64,000 bases of DNA from Candidatus Latescibacterota bacterium (GCA_965222605.1 OZ244960.1:1760001-1824000); one strand, 5' to 3'. Counted from the first letter of the stretch, positions 39,661-49,200 are shown. Made by a program: numbers and translations. Notes: generated from the sequence alone by a model not told the origin.

Positions 39661-41217
39661 CTAAACGGTTGGTTCTCGCTCTTTGTGACTGTCTTGCTGA
39701 ATCGCCAGGCGATTGAGAGCGTCGAGAAAAGCTTTGGCACTGGCTTCAATAATATCGGTTGAAACGCCGCGGCCCCTGGCTATGCGACCATTGCACGACA
39801 CATTGACCGTGACTTCTCCCATCGCTTCGGCACCCCCGGTAACACCGCGGATAGTATAGTCTTCCACTTTTGTATTTGTATGATCCGTGGCTTTCTTAAT
39901 TGCCCGATACGTTGCATCTACCGGCCCATCGCCCCAGGCAGACTCCTGAACGTGGTTTTTGCCGTCAATGCCAATGCGAACCGTTGCAGAGGGAACCGTG
40001 CCAGTACCGCTCACAGTATGCAAATAGTCGAGCGCGAAACGCACGGGAAAGTCTCGAATTTCATCTTCCACAATAGCCATGAGGTCTTCGTCATAAACTT
40101 CCTTCTTCTTGTCGGCGACTTTGACAAATCGCTCATAAGCGATATTCAATTCATCCTGACTGAGCTTAAAGCCGAGTTCTTCCAGGCGATGGCGCAATGC
40201 GTGGCGACCAGAACGCGCCGTGAGCACAATGCTCGATTCTTCCCATCCCACAGACCTGGGATCGATAATTTCAAAATTTTCGCGGTCTTTGAGCACCCCG
40301 TCTTGATGAATACCAGAACTATGTGCAAATGCGTTGGCTCCTACAATGGGCTTGTTGGGCGGAACGACAATACCCATAAGGCGGCTGACCAGACGGCTTG
40401 TGTTTACGATTTCGCGCGTTTTGATATCCGTATAGAGATCGAAATAATCCCCGCGCGTTTTGACGGCCATGACCACTTCCTCAAGCGAGGTATTGCCCGC
40501 GCGTTCACCCAACCCATTGACGGTGCATTCGACCTGACGCGCGCCATTTCTGAGTGCCTCGAGAGCATTGATAGTCGCCATGCCCAAATCGTCGTGGCAG
40601 TGGACACTGATAATAGCCTGATCGACATTGGACACTTTCTCGCAAATATTGCGAATAATGCGACCAAACTGGTCGGGTACTGCGTAGCCCACGGTATCGG
40701 GAATATTGATCGTTGTCGCACCCGCTTCGATGGTAGCTTCGATAACATCGAGGAGATACTGCGGCTCTGTACGCGCAGCATCCATTGGCGAAAATTCCAC
40801 ATCCTCGCAATGCGATTTGGCTCGTGCAACCGCATCAACGGCCATTTGCAAGACCTGATCGGGCGTTTTGCCAACCATGGAAATATGGAGCGGCGAAGTG
40901 CCAATAAACGTGTGTATGCGCGGTCTTGGCGCGTCTTTCAGGGCTTCGCCTGCGCGGTCAATATCTTTGAAAATTGCGCGGGACAGACCGCAAATAACAG
41001 GGCCTTCGACCTCGAGTGCAATACGCCGCACAGCATTAAAGTCCTGATCGGACGATATGGGAAATCCGGCCTCGATAACATCGACATTGAGCCGCGCGAG
41101 TTGATGGGCAATTTCAACTTTTTCGCGCAACGCGAGCGTAGCCCCCGGCGTCTGTTCCGCATCTCTCAAAGTAGTATCAAAAATAATGACGCGGTCTTTG
41201 TTTTTGGCGTTTGACAT
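39661..41217 (-). CDS. leuA: 2-isopropylmalate synthase
   Basis: 'IFDTTLRDAEQ', 'HCHDDLG', 'GERAGN', 'AFAHSSGIHQDG', regulatory domain 'GDGPVDA'. Confidence 0.97.
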   Translation of the reverse strand: MSNAKNKDRVIIFDTTLRDAEQTPGATLALREKVEIAHQLARLNVDVIEAGFPISSDQDFNAVRRIALEVEGPVICGLSRAIFKDIDRAGEALKDAPRPRIHTFIGTSPLHISMVGKTPDQVLQMAVDAVARAKSHCEDVEFSPMDAARTEPQYLLDVIEATIEAGATTINIPDTVGYAVPDQFGRIIRNICEKVSNVDQAIISVHCHDDLGMATINALEALRNGARQVECTVNGLGERAGNTSLEEVVMAVKTRGDYFDLYTDIKTREIVNTSRLVSRLMGIVVPPNKPIVGANAFAHSSGIHQDGVLKDRENFEIIDPRSVGWEESSIVLTARSGRHALRHRLEELGFKLSQDELNIAYERFVKVADKKKEVYDEDLMAIVEDEIRDFPVRFALDYLHTVSGTGTVPSATVRIGIDGKNHVQESAWGDGPVDATYRAIKKATDHTNTKVEDYTIRGVTGGAEAMGEVTVNVSCNGRIARGRGVSTDIIEASAKAFLDALNRLAIQQDSHKEREPTV

Positions 41218-41226
41218 TTTTTTTCC

Positions 41227-41346
41227 TTAACACATGCCAGAATCGAAGTGGAAATGGGCAGATGGAACGCTCTGGCTGTCTTTTTCCATCTGCCAAACAA
41301 GAACGAGTTCTTCGGTAAGATCACCGAGATCGGGATCCATCTGCAT
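41227..41346 (-). CDS. 39-aa small ORF (unknown, possibly a remnant)
   Basis: Strong SD TAAGGAGGTG directly before ATG; fills the ilvN-leuA gap. Confidence 0.35.
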   Translation of the reverse strand: MQMDPDLGDLTEELVLVWQMEKDSQSVPSAHFHFDSGMC

Positions 41347-41356
41347 CACCTCCTTA

Positions 41357-41845
41357 TTATATAGCGGAATCTCGCAACAGGGCAACCGTGCCTGTGCGTG
41401 CGATTTCTTCGATGCCAAAAGAACTGAGCATGCCAATGATAGCCTGAATTTTATCATTTTTGCCCGTAACCTCTATGGTCATCGACCTGGGACACACATC
41501 GACGATATGTGCGCGAAACACTTCGGCAATTTGGATGATTTCTGCGCGTGTTGTTGTATCGGCTTTGACTTTGATCAACATGAGTTCGCGTTCGACAAAT
41601 GCGCCCTGTGTAATATCGATCACGCGAATAACATCAATAACGCGATCCAATTGCTTGACCACTTGCTCGAGCACGCTATCATCGCCACCGACGACAATGG
41701 TCATGCGAGAAATACTCGGGTCTTCTGTCTCACCAACAGACAGACTATCGATATTGAATCCGCGACTGGAGAAAAGACCAGCAACGCGACACAGAACGCC
41801 AAAATGATTTTCGACCAGGGCACTTATCGTGTGTTTTTGGGCCAT
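41357..41845 (-). CDS. ilvN: Acetolactate synthase small (regulatory) subunit
   Basis: 'HTISALVENHFGVLCRVAGLFSSRGFNIDSLSV', 'VERELMLIKV', 'EIARTG'. Confidence 0.96.
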   Translation of the reverse strand: MAQKHTISALVENHFGVLCRVAGLFSSRGFNIDSLSVGETEDPSISRMTIVVGGDDSVLEQVVKQLDRVIDVIRVIDITQGAFVERELMLIKVKADTTTRAEIIQIAEVFRAHIVDVCPRSMTIEVTGKNDKIQAIIGMLSSFGIEEIARTGTVALLRDSAI

Positions 41846-41870
41846 TAAACATTTCCTGAATACATGAGGT

Positions 41871-42131
41871 GACAACGACCTATGAGTAAAGTCACAGGCT
41901 CTATCCGTTTATGGGCGTTGTCGCAAGAGTTGGGGAAAGAGCCAGAGACTAATGAGCGAGAATGGGTAGAGAAAGGCTCACGAGCAGGAGAAGGTGCAGA
42001 ATGAGCAGAGGTACTCGTCCTGCAATAGAAAGGCGCGAAGATCGGGTGTGCAGTTGTACACCGGTGAACTGCTGTCGCAGTTGTACACCGCTTCGCATTG
42101 TGAAAATCGCCAATGTGGAAATTGAGCGCAT
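41871..42131 (-). promoter_or_regulatory. Candidate attenuation leader: Leu-rich peptide (ATG 42098 or 42131, stop 41949) plus downstream hairpin
   Basis: Peptide ends VPLLILHLLLLVSLSLPILAH. Imperfect stem GACAACG...CGTTGTC at 41871-41932. TTGACA at 42207-42202 upstream. Confidence 0.6.
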
Positions 42132-42255
42132 AATAGAAGACTTGGGAATAGAAGTAATAATGTATTTTAGATTGAATAACTTACGCAATCTCAGTGGAAT
42201 ATGTCAAGAAAAAATATCATTTCGCAGTCAGACCACCCCGTTCCTACCTATAGTC

Positions 42256-43005
42256 CTATATCACCAGATCCCGACGCACCCCGCGCATATCCATCTCAAA
42301 TTCAATATCGACCACTGGCGGCCGGGTAAAGTGCCAGCGAAGGCCGTGCCGCCGAGCAGGTCCCATGCGATTGAACAAAATATCCTCTAACAGCCCGTCC
42401 AGAGGATGCACAGTGTACACATCCACAGCATTGATCAGCCCCCACGATCCACCCAGGCCGAACAGGCGCTCTGCCATTACATCCACCACATAACTAACTT
42501 TCTCTCGCATAGCTCCTTCACTGGTATCTCCACTGCGGATAATACCCTGCTCTACAAGCATCCCCTCGCGCAATTCCCCGGCACCGGCGACCACCAAAGT
42601 CCGGGGAGTATTGGCCGCTGCCGGCACCGTATAGGAAAATGCGTGCAGCATCGGCTCCCCGGGCGGATCGAACAGCGGTGCCACATTGGTGCGAGCCACT
42701 GGATTCAATTCCCCCACGTACAGATCCCAATCTCTGAGCACCCGACAATAATCCCGATTGAAGGCAATAAACCCCGCCATGGTAAAAGGTGCTGGCGAGC
42801 GCAACTCCATGCCACACAATGCCTGCCGATCCCGCCCGACCTCCCGTAAATGCGCCTCGACCCGGTCAAAGCCCTCGCGCCAAGGCAGGACCTGTTCCAG
42901 AGTGACATGGACGATCTCCCAGCCGGGGTCGGCAATAACACCACACGAATAAGGGTCAATACCCTTGAGAAAATGGTAGTGTCCTTCTATCTTGGCAATC
43001 AACAT
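42256..43005 (-). CDS. CnbZ-like (2-amino-5-chloromuconate deaminase family) protein
   Basis: 'YSCGVIADPGWEIV', 'ELRSPAPFT..GFIAFN', 'NPVARTNVAP', 'RPPVVDIEFEMDMRGV'. Confidence 0.7.
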   Translation of the reverse strand: MLIAKIEGHYHFLKGIDPYSCGVIADPGWEIVHVTLEQVLPWREGFDRVEAHLREVGRDRQALCGMELRSPAPFTMAGFIAFNRDYCRVLRDWDLYVGELNPVARTNVAPLFDPPGEPMLHAFSYTVPAAANTPRTLVVAGAGELREGMLVEQGIIRSGDTSEGAMREKVSYVVDVMAERLFGLGGSWGLINAVDVYTVHPLDGLLEDILFNRMGPARRHGLRWHFTRPPVVDIEFEMDMRGVRRDLVI

Positions 43006-43020
43006 TATAATGCCTCTATA

Positions 43021-43319
43021 TTACAATCTTAACCGCCCATTCGCCCGCAGCGTGAGCAGTGTCCCCAACGTCACCCAACCGCGCCATTCGAGTTCGCAAC
43101 TCGGACTCACGGCTTGCCAGGTAATATTCCATCTGGACAGCGAATATCCGGTTCAAGCGCATGCCCAAATCCGCCATCTGCGTTTTGATACGCGGAAAGC
43201 ACTGTGAGTACCTGCTCTCGCGAACCACCTTTGAAATGAAATGCAAACAACTGCCGCTCGAGCAGTCGCGCATTGTTATAGATAAATTTTTCAGCGCGAT
43301 TAAAAATAGTATGCCCCAT
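43021..43319 (-). pseudogene. Internally deleted gene (prenyltransferase-repeat-like hypothetical family)
   Basis: N-terminus 'ARLLER...YQNADGGFGHALEPDIRCP' is joined out of frame to a C-terminus 'WNITW...ELEWRGWVTL..LLTLRANGRL*'. Confidence 0.7.
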
Positions 43320-43349
43320 AGACTATCTTCCATACTAATTCAGACAGTT

Positions 43350-43895
43350 TTACTCCAACCCAATAAATTTGAGAAATGTCTTTTTGCCACCTGCCTTTTT
43401 ACGCGCGTTCCACGCTTCAACTTTGGCATAATAGGGTTCTTCTTCCCACGCTTCCCATTTTGCAATGGCCTTGATTTCGCCCAATGGATTGTACCCATCG
43501 AGTTCATACGGACAATCGGTAGATTGGTTAATACTGAGCAACTCGATATCGTCATTTTCGTCAAACTCGAGATCAAATGGATACCTTCGACAGGTCACTG
43601 GGCGATAGTCATAAATGGTACACAAATCGTCTTCGCCCAAATATTGACATCCGCTCTCGGTTCTACGCAATCCCATAACGCGCTGGCCAGACTTCAAACG
43701 TATCCAGCCAGGCTGGTCTTCGCCCCATTCAATTTCGCTGGGCTTATAAAAATCGACAATATCATAAGCGGCCTGATTTGTACCATCAATAATGCGGCGC
43801 ACATCTTCGTCAGTAACCAGAACAATGGGGTCTCGACAACAATTTCCACAGCGAGTGCAGCGAAAGTTGAGCAAATGTTTCCACTCTTGCGCCAT
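43350..43895 (-). CDS. YkgJ-family cysteine-cluster protein
   Basis: 'FRCTRCGNCC', 'CQYL....CTIYDYRPVTCRRYPF'. Confidence 0.9.
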   Translation of the reverse strand: MAQEWKHLLNFRCTRCGNCCRDPIVLVTDEDVRRIIDGTNQAAYDIVDFYKPSEIEWGEDQPGWIRLKSGQRVMGLRRTESGCQYLGEDDLCTIYDYRPVTCRRYPFDLEFDENDDIELLSINQSTDCPYELDGYNPLGEIKAIAKWEAWEEEPYYAKVEAWNARKKAGGKKTFLKFIGLE

Positions 43896-43909
43896 ATTGT
43901 CTCCAATGG

Positions 43910-45088
43910 TCAAACGGCCCTTTGTTCCAACCAGTCTTTCGTAATTTCAATACCAAAGCCAGGAGCATCGCTCGGAATGAGATAACCGTCTTTGATCACA
44001 GGGGTTCCCGGCAGTGCAACGCGTTCTTCCAGAGGAACGCCCGGAGGTGATACCCCTTCAGAGCGCTCGCCCCACTGTATCGCCGGCATAGCATAAGAAA
44101 GGTGCTGCCCGTAGGGATAATTCATACCCGCGTGGCTGATGACCGTTAGCCCGTGCGCCTCGGCAATATGGCATATCCTCATCAAGGCCGTGATACCACC
44201 AGCCCACTGAATATCGGGTTGCAAAATATCGACAAGCCCCTGGCTCGCGGCTGTGGCAAAGGGATGGATGGTGTACCAGTGTTCGCCCGTTGCGAGGATT
44301 TGCCCGGGGACGCGTTGGCGCACCTTCATATAGCTTTCCATATCTTCGGGCAACACGTAGTCTTCAAGCCACTTGAGGCGATACGGTTTCAGGACTTCAA
44401 CGAGGCGAACTGTGTATTCGACATTGAGCGACATCCACGCATCGAGCATGAGTTCGACATCATCGCCGATCTGCTCGCGCGTTTTTGCAACGAGTTCTTC
44501 TGTCTTGTTTATCCCCTCAATACCGGACTCCGGCCCATATCGCGCAAAGAGCTTGACCGCCTTAAAACCCAATTCGAGAAACCATTCAATGCTATTTTCC
44601 GTACCATAAGATATATCTGTATTGCTGGCATAACAGAAAATTTTGTCTTTTTGCGGACCGCCCAAAAGCTCGTAAACAGGACGCTGCAAAATTTTTCCTT
44701 TCAAGTCCCACAAGGCATTATCCACAGCACTGATGGCATAGCTGGACAAACCCGCCGTATGATAAGGCGAAGAAGCGCGGCGCATCATGTCCCACAGCTT
44801 TTCGGTCGCCATGCAATTTTGCCCTTCGAGCAAAGGGGCGAAGTGATCGTTGATAATACTGAGCACCGGCCCACTGTGATTGGTAAAACCAACTCCCCAT
44901 GTGCCGTCTTGCGCAGTCACGACACAGGCCGTGCGAGTCCAATTTGGATTCCACTTCGATTTTTTAAATTCGGGATATCGCGCCATAGGGCTGATAAAAC
45001 CATCTGTGGGCAACTTCGGAACGCGAGGTTCTGTTTTTTGAACGGGAGTAATATTGACAGCAACTGCGCGAATATCTTCGATTTTCAT
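43910..45088 (-). CDS. Mandelate racemase/enolase-superfamily dehydratase (L-rhamnonate dehydratase-like)
   Basis: 'ISAVDNALWDLKGK...PVYELLGG', 'LMLDAW', 'WLED', 'TGEH', 'QPDIQWAGG'. Confidence 0.88.
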   Translation of the reverse strand: MKIEDIRAVAVNITPVQKTEPRVPKLPTDGFISPMARYPEFKKSKWNPNWTRTACVVTAQDGTWGVGFTNHSGPVLSIINDHFAPLLEGQNCMATEKLWDMMRRASSPYHTAGLSSYAISAVDNALWDLKGKILQRPVYELLGGPQKDKIFCYASNTDISYGTENSIEWFLELGFKAVKLFARYGPESGIEGINKTEELVAKTREQIGDDVELMLDAWMSLNVEYTVRLVEVLKPYRLKWLEDYVLPEDMESYMKVRQRVPGQILATGEHWYTIHPFATAASQGLVDILQPDIQWAGGITALMRICHIAEAHGLTVISHAGMNYPYGQHLSYAMPAIQWGERSEGVSPPGVPLEERVALPGTPVIKDGYLIPSDAPGFGIEITKDWLEQRAV

Positions 45089-45100
45089 AGTTATTCCTTC

Positions 45101-46741
45101 TTAAAAAGCAATGGCATATCCATCTCGCCTGGGGTCTGAACCGCCCATCAGGGCACCGGTTTCGGGATTGATCTGAATAGCCTGAGCATTCCCCGGCCCA
45201 CCCCAATCTGAGAGGATGCGAAGGTCGTGACCTTTCTGGCTGAGAGTCTGGCGGATGGTGTCGGGAAAACGACTTTCGAGTTGAAGCGCGTCTTCGCAAG
45301 TATGGGGAACAGTGGATTCCATAGGGTTTTGCAGTGAACGCCAGCGAGGGGCTTCAACTGCCTCTTGTGGTGTCATGCCAAATTCCAGAATATGTGTCAC
45401 CAGTTGCAAATTGGTCTGCACCTGTGTATCTGCGCCCGGCGTGCCGCATATCAAAACGGGTTTGTTGTCCCTGGTTACAATAACGGGGTTCATCGTGTGG
45501 CGAACCCGTTTGCCGGGCATCAGACAATTGGGATGATCTTTTTCGAGATGCCAGTAAGTCATACGGTTGTTGAGGAGAATACCAGTATCACCCGCAATAA
45601 GACTTGACCCCCAGCCAGATTGAATACTCTGCAGTTGACAAACCGCGTTGCCCTCGCTATCGGCAACGCAGAAACAGGTGGTATCTTCGACCGATTCCGG
45701 GATACCGAAAGGGACGTGGGCAGCAGCGCGTTCGAGGTCGATGTATGAAGCGCGTTCTTTTGCATAATCTTTCGAGAGAAGTCCTTCAATTGGCACATTG
45801 ACCCAATCTGGATCGGCCACGTATTTTTCGCGGTCTGCAAAAGCGAGTTTTTTGGCTTCGACCATAAGATGGATACTCTCGGCAGTATTGCAGCCCAGTG
45901 CCCCAAGATCAAAATTTTCGACGATATTGAGTTCTTGAAGTAAGATATGCCCACTCGAATTGGGCGGCGTTTCATATACGGTATAACCTTTGTAGGTCAC
46001 GGCAATGGGATCGAGAATGCGGGCGCGATGGTTCTTCAAATCGGCTTCGGTGAGCAACCCATCTCGCGACTGGCTGAATGCAACAAGTGCCCGGGCTATT
46101 TCACCCGTGCAATAGGCGTCGCGTCCTTCTGAACCGATTATCCGCAAGGTCTTACCCAGGTCTTTCTGATAGACGATATCTCCGGGACTGAGGGGCCGAC
46201 CATCATTGGTGAAGACCGCCCGCGTATATGAATCGGATGCAAAGCGTTTTGTTTCCCCCCGCAAGCTGTCCGCCAATTTGTGACTGAGCGGAAAACCATC
46301 TTCACAAAGGGCGATTGCCGGCGCAAAAATATCGTCGAGCGGGCGCGTACCAAAACGCTCGTGAGCAACGAGCCAGCCATCTACCAGGCCGGGGATGGAA
46401 ACACTCAGAATACCTTTCATCGGGATGCCACCGCGTTTGAGATAAAACTCTCTGGTCGCGCCTGTTGGGGCTGCGCCAGTGGCATTGATAGCGGATACCG
46501 CACCTGTTTTGGCGGAATAGATCAAGATAAATCCATCGCCGCCTGCGCCTGAAGATTGCGGTTCAACCACGCCGAGCGCAGCGGCTGTAGCAATGGCGGC
46601 ATCAATGGCATTGCCTCCGGCCATCATGATCTGGATACCTGCTTGAGAAGCGAGATGGTGTCCCGATGTGACCACGCCATTTCTGCCCATGATGGATGGC
46701 CTGAAGGCGGGATGGACGATTGCATGGGGTGAAGACATCAC
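45101..46741 (-). CDS. ggt: Gamma-glutamyltransferase family protein
   Basis: 'GGNAIDAAIA', 'PPNSSG', nucleophile 'DTTCF', 'GTPGADTQ', 'SDPRRDG'. Confidence 0.92.
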   Translation of the reverse strand: MMSSPHAIVHPAFRPSIMGRNGVVTSGHHLASQAGIQIMMAGGNAIDAAIATAAALGVVEPQSSGAGGDGFILIYSAKTGAVSAINATGAAPTGATREFYLKRGGIPMKGILSVSIPGLVDGWLVAHERFGTRPLDDIFAPAIALCEDGFPLSHKLADSLRGETKRFASDSYTRAVFTNDGRPLSPGDIVYQKDLGKTLRIIGSEGRDAYCTGEIARALVAFSQSRDGLLTEADLKNHRARILDPIAVTYKGYTVYETPPNSSGHILLQELNIVENFDLGALGCNTAESIHLMVEAKKLAFADREKYVADPDWVNVPIEGLLSKDYAKERASYIDLERAAAHVPFGIPESVEDTTCFCVADSEGNAVCQLQSIQSGWGSSLIAGDTGILLNNRMTYWHLEKDHPNCLMPGKRVRHTMNPVIVTRDNKPVLICGTPGADTQVQTNLQLVTHILEFGMTPQEAVEAPRWRSLQNPMESTVPHTCEDALQLESRFPDTIRQTLSQKGHDLRILSDWGGPGNAQAIQINPETGALMGGSDPRRDGYAIAF

Positions 46742-46829
46742 GTGCTCCTGAGACGGTTTTTAATAAAAAATGATGGAGGTATTGTGTTAATTTCTTTCAA
46801 ACGCCCGCACACGTATTCTGATATACGCC

Positions 46830-46858
46830 TTGACAAAATACCATGAGGCCACTAATTT
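46830..46858 (+). promoter_or_regulatory. Sigma70-type promoter for the response regulator
   Basis: TTGACA-17 nt-TAATTT. Confidence 0.55.
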
Positions 46859-46946
46859 GCAATATCTTCCAGCCCTGAGTAATGCTATTAGGGACGGGCG
46901 TATTAAACTGCGTAACATCCTGTTTCCTCTTTATTTTCTCTCTTAA

Positions 46947-47624
46947 ATGGCAACTATTCTTCTTCTCGCAGACGAAGCCTACGGCGCGCGTCTCAAATCA
47001 GACCTCGAATACATCGGGCATCAGGTTGAACATGTGATCCTGCGCGGGCGGAGCAATTTGCCTCCCATACCCGCCAATGGCATTGATTTGACCATTATTG
47101 ACCCCGAATCCTCTCTCGATCGCCTCGCACAGGCCATTGCGCACCTTCAACAACAGCCTCCTGCCAACGACTGTTCCCTGCTCGTCATCACCGATGAAAT
47201 GACCGCACTCAATCTCGATTTTTCACTCGGTATTTCAGATTTTGTCATCAAGCCCTACAGCCTGCGCGAGTTCGAAGCACGCCTGCGCCTGGCCCTTTGG
47301 AACGACGACCATCCCCCCGACGACCACACCCTCAAAATAGATGACCTCGTCATCAATATGGCACGCTACGAAGTGCGCGTCAAGGGCAGCATTGTCGAAC
47401 TCACACTCAAAGAATACGAACTACTCAAACATCTGGTCACCCACGAGGCCCGCGTATTTACCCGATCAGACCTGCTCGACAGCATCTGGGGCTATGACTA
47501 TTACGGCGGCATGCGCACCGTTGATGTCCACATTCGCCGCTTGCGCTCCAAACTCGGCGAATCCGGCAAAGCCATTACCACAGTGCGCGGCGTCGGCTAC
47601 AAATTTGATCCCCCTAAGATTTAA
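46947..47624 (+). CDS. Orphan OmpR-family response regulator (GlnR-like)
   Basis: Winged helix 'LTLKEYELL...VFTR..LL..IWGYDYYGGMRTVDVHIRRLRSKLG'; divergent receiver domain. Confidence 0.9.
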   Translation: MATILLLADEAYGARLKSDLEYIGHQVEHVILRGRSNLPPIPANGIDLTIIDPESSLDRLAQAIAHLQQQPPANDCSLLVITDEMTALNLDFSLGISDFVIKPYSLREFEARLRLALWNDDHPPDDHTLKIDDLVINMARYEVRVKGSIVELTLKEYELLKHLVTHEARVFTRSDLLDSIWGYDYYGGMRTVDVHIRRLRSKLGESGKAITTVRGVGYKFDPPKI

Positions 47625-47645
47625 AAATAACTCCTGACACACCAC

Positions 47646-47682
47646 AAACCCCAGAAGCACGCTCCTGGGGTTTTATTTTTTT
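47646..47682. terminator. Intrinsic terminator between convergent genes
   Basis: AAACCCCAG...CTGGGGTTT followed by a T-tract. Confidence 0.8.
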
Positions 47683-47687
47683 AATAT

Positions 47688-48596
47688 TTAAGCTCGCGCC
47701 TGTGACCACGCTCGCAACGGAACATCATCCCAATTTTTTGTCAACCAGTATTGTGACGAAGGGTGAAAATCTGGTTCTGGTCCCAGCGGGTTTTCTCCCG
47801 ATGCCAGCGCGCCCAACAACTGACGCCGAACCGGCGAACTCCGTTCAATAAGCTCGATATCCTGCTCGATATAATCAGTCGGACGAAGCCACCGGTAATT
47901 ATATCCCACATGCATAATCTTTCGCGTTTTTCTCGACAAATTGGGCCCCACGCAATGCCAAACAGCGGTTCGCCACAACACCGCAGAACCAGCCCGCAAC
48001 TTGAGTTCAACCGCCTCTTCTGGATTGACCTCGCGCCCCATTTCCCGCAATTCTTCGGGCTTGCGCTTGTGACTGCCCGGCACCAACCACAGATTGCCAC
48101 AATTGGATTCGGTCATATCGTAAAGCACGTAAAAAACCTTGATCTCCATAAACGGGAGACGTCCATCGAGCGAAGGTCCCAGAAACAACATATCGCTCGC
48201 CAAATCGGGATGCCATGCCACATTGCGGTACCCAACCGCCTGATCTTCGCCCTTTCCAACACCAACATCACCTGCTTTCAAACCCTCGGGATACGGTGGT
48301 CGATAGTCCAGGTGCGTAGTTCTGATCTGAATATTCCATCCAATCGCATCCACCACCAGAGGCAACATCCGCGGATGATCGATCAAATCGAGAAAAGCCT
48401 CGTGCTGCGACAGGGCATTGCGCACGGCAAAAGGCTCATCAGGCCCCAACTCCTCGGCATCTCGAACCCGCTCTGCCACCTCGTCAATAGCCAGCAGAAG
48501 CCGATTGACCTCGTCCTGAGTAAAAAAATCCTCGAGAATAATAAATCCCTTTTCATCAAAATCTTTCTCCTGCTGATCTGTCATTGTAAGAGCCAT
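47688..48596 (-). CDS. Phytanoyl-CoA dioxygenase (PhyH) family protein
   Basis: 'FDEKGFIILED', 'WHPD', 'GNLWLVPGSH', 'AGSAVLW...WH'. Confidence 0.9.
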   Translation of the reverse strand: MALTMTDQQEKDFDEKGFIILEDFFTQDEVNRLLLAIDEVAERVRDAEELGPDEPFAVRNALSQHEAFLDLIDHPRMLPLVVDAIGWNIQIRTTHLDYRPPYPEGLKAGDVGVGKGEDQAVGYRNVAWHPDLASDMLFLGPSLDGRLPFMEIKVFYVLYDMTESNCGNLWLVPGSHKRKPEELREMGREVNPEEAVELKLRAGSAVLWRTAVWHCVGPNLSRKTRKIMHVGYNYRWLRPTDYIEQDIELIERSSPVRRQLLGALASGENPLGPEPDFHPSSQYWLTKNWDDVPLRAWSQARA

Positions 48597-48738
48597 AAAC
48601 CCCTCCTTTAACCTGCATATCCAGGTATCTCGCCAGACCGAAGAATATTTCAAATCGAATATACTCATCACCCGCGAATAATTCAACAACTGATTCAAAG
48701 AACCTCCCAACCTCTGCGTATCACATCGCCGGCTCTCT

Positions 48739-48778
48739 AAAAAACAAGCCCCGAATGTATCAAAACATCCGGGGCTTT
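48739..48778 (-). terminator. Terminator of the cus operon
   Basis: AAGCCCCG...CGGGGCTT stem with T-tract on the minus strand. Confidence 0.7.
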
Positions 48779-48797
48779 GCCGTCGGCAGATTAACAC

Positions 48798-49142
48798 TCA
48801 CTGAATTTTACAGCAAGAGGGCAACTGGGCATACGCATCGGAATCGGCCTTTTTGTCATTAGCCGCATAACCCACCTTGACAACAGCCTGCTCCAAAGCG
48901 GGAACACTGGTCACCTTGTCATCAAAAGTCACCTTCGCTGTTTTGGCCTCCAGATCAACTGCCACGCTCTGAACGCCATCGACCTTTTTCAGCGCTTTCT
49001 CCACAGTATTCGAGCACATAGAGCACTGCATCGTTGACAACTTCACCTCGACAGTCGTCGCCTCCGACTTTGACGCACAGCCAACCCATCCCGCCATGCC
49101 TATCGCGCCAATGACCAATAATGCGAAAATACGAGACTTCAT
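48798..49142 (-). CDS. Exported heavy-metal-associated (HMA; CopZ/MerP-like) protein
   Basis: Signal or lipoprotein-like N-terminus, 'MQCSMC', C-terminal 'AYAQLPSCC'. Confidence 0.9.
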   Translation of the reverse strand: MKSRIFALLVIGAIGMAGWVGCASKSEATTVEVKLSTMQCSMCSNTVEKALKKVDGVQSVAVDLEAKTAKVTFDDKVTSVPALEQAVVKVGYAANDKKADSDAYAQLPSCCKIQ

Positions 49143-49200
49143 AACACACCTCCTGATAAGTGAATAATTTTGGGTTTTACCTCTACACAAGGCACCACCC

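Noticed and set aside
39880-41214. Long antisense ORFs (444 aa here; also 21843-22709, 44153-45139, 47763-48611, 61776-62645)
   Set aside because: They shadow well-supported genes on the opposite strand and show no recognisable motifs.
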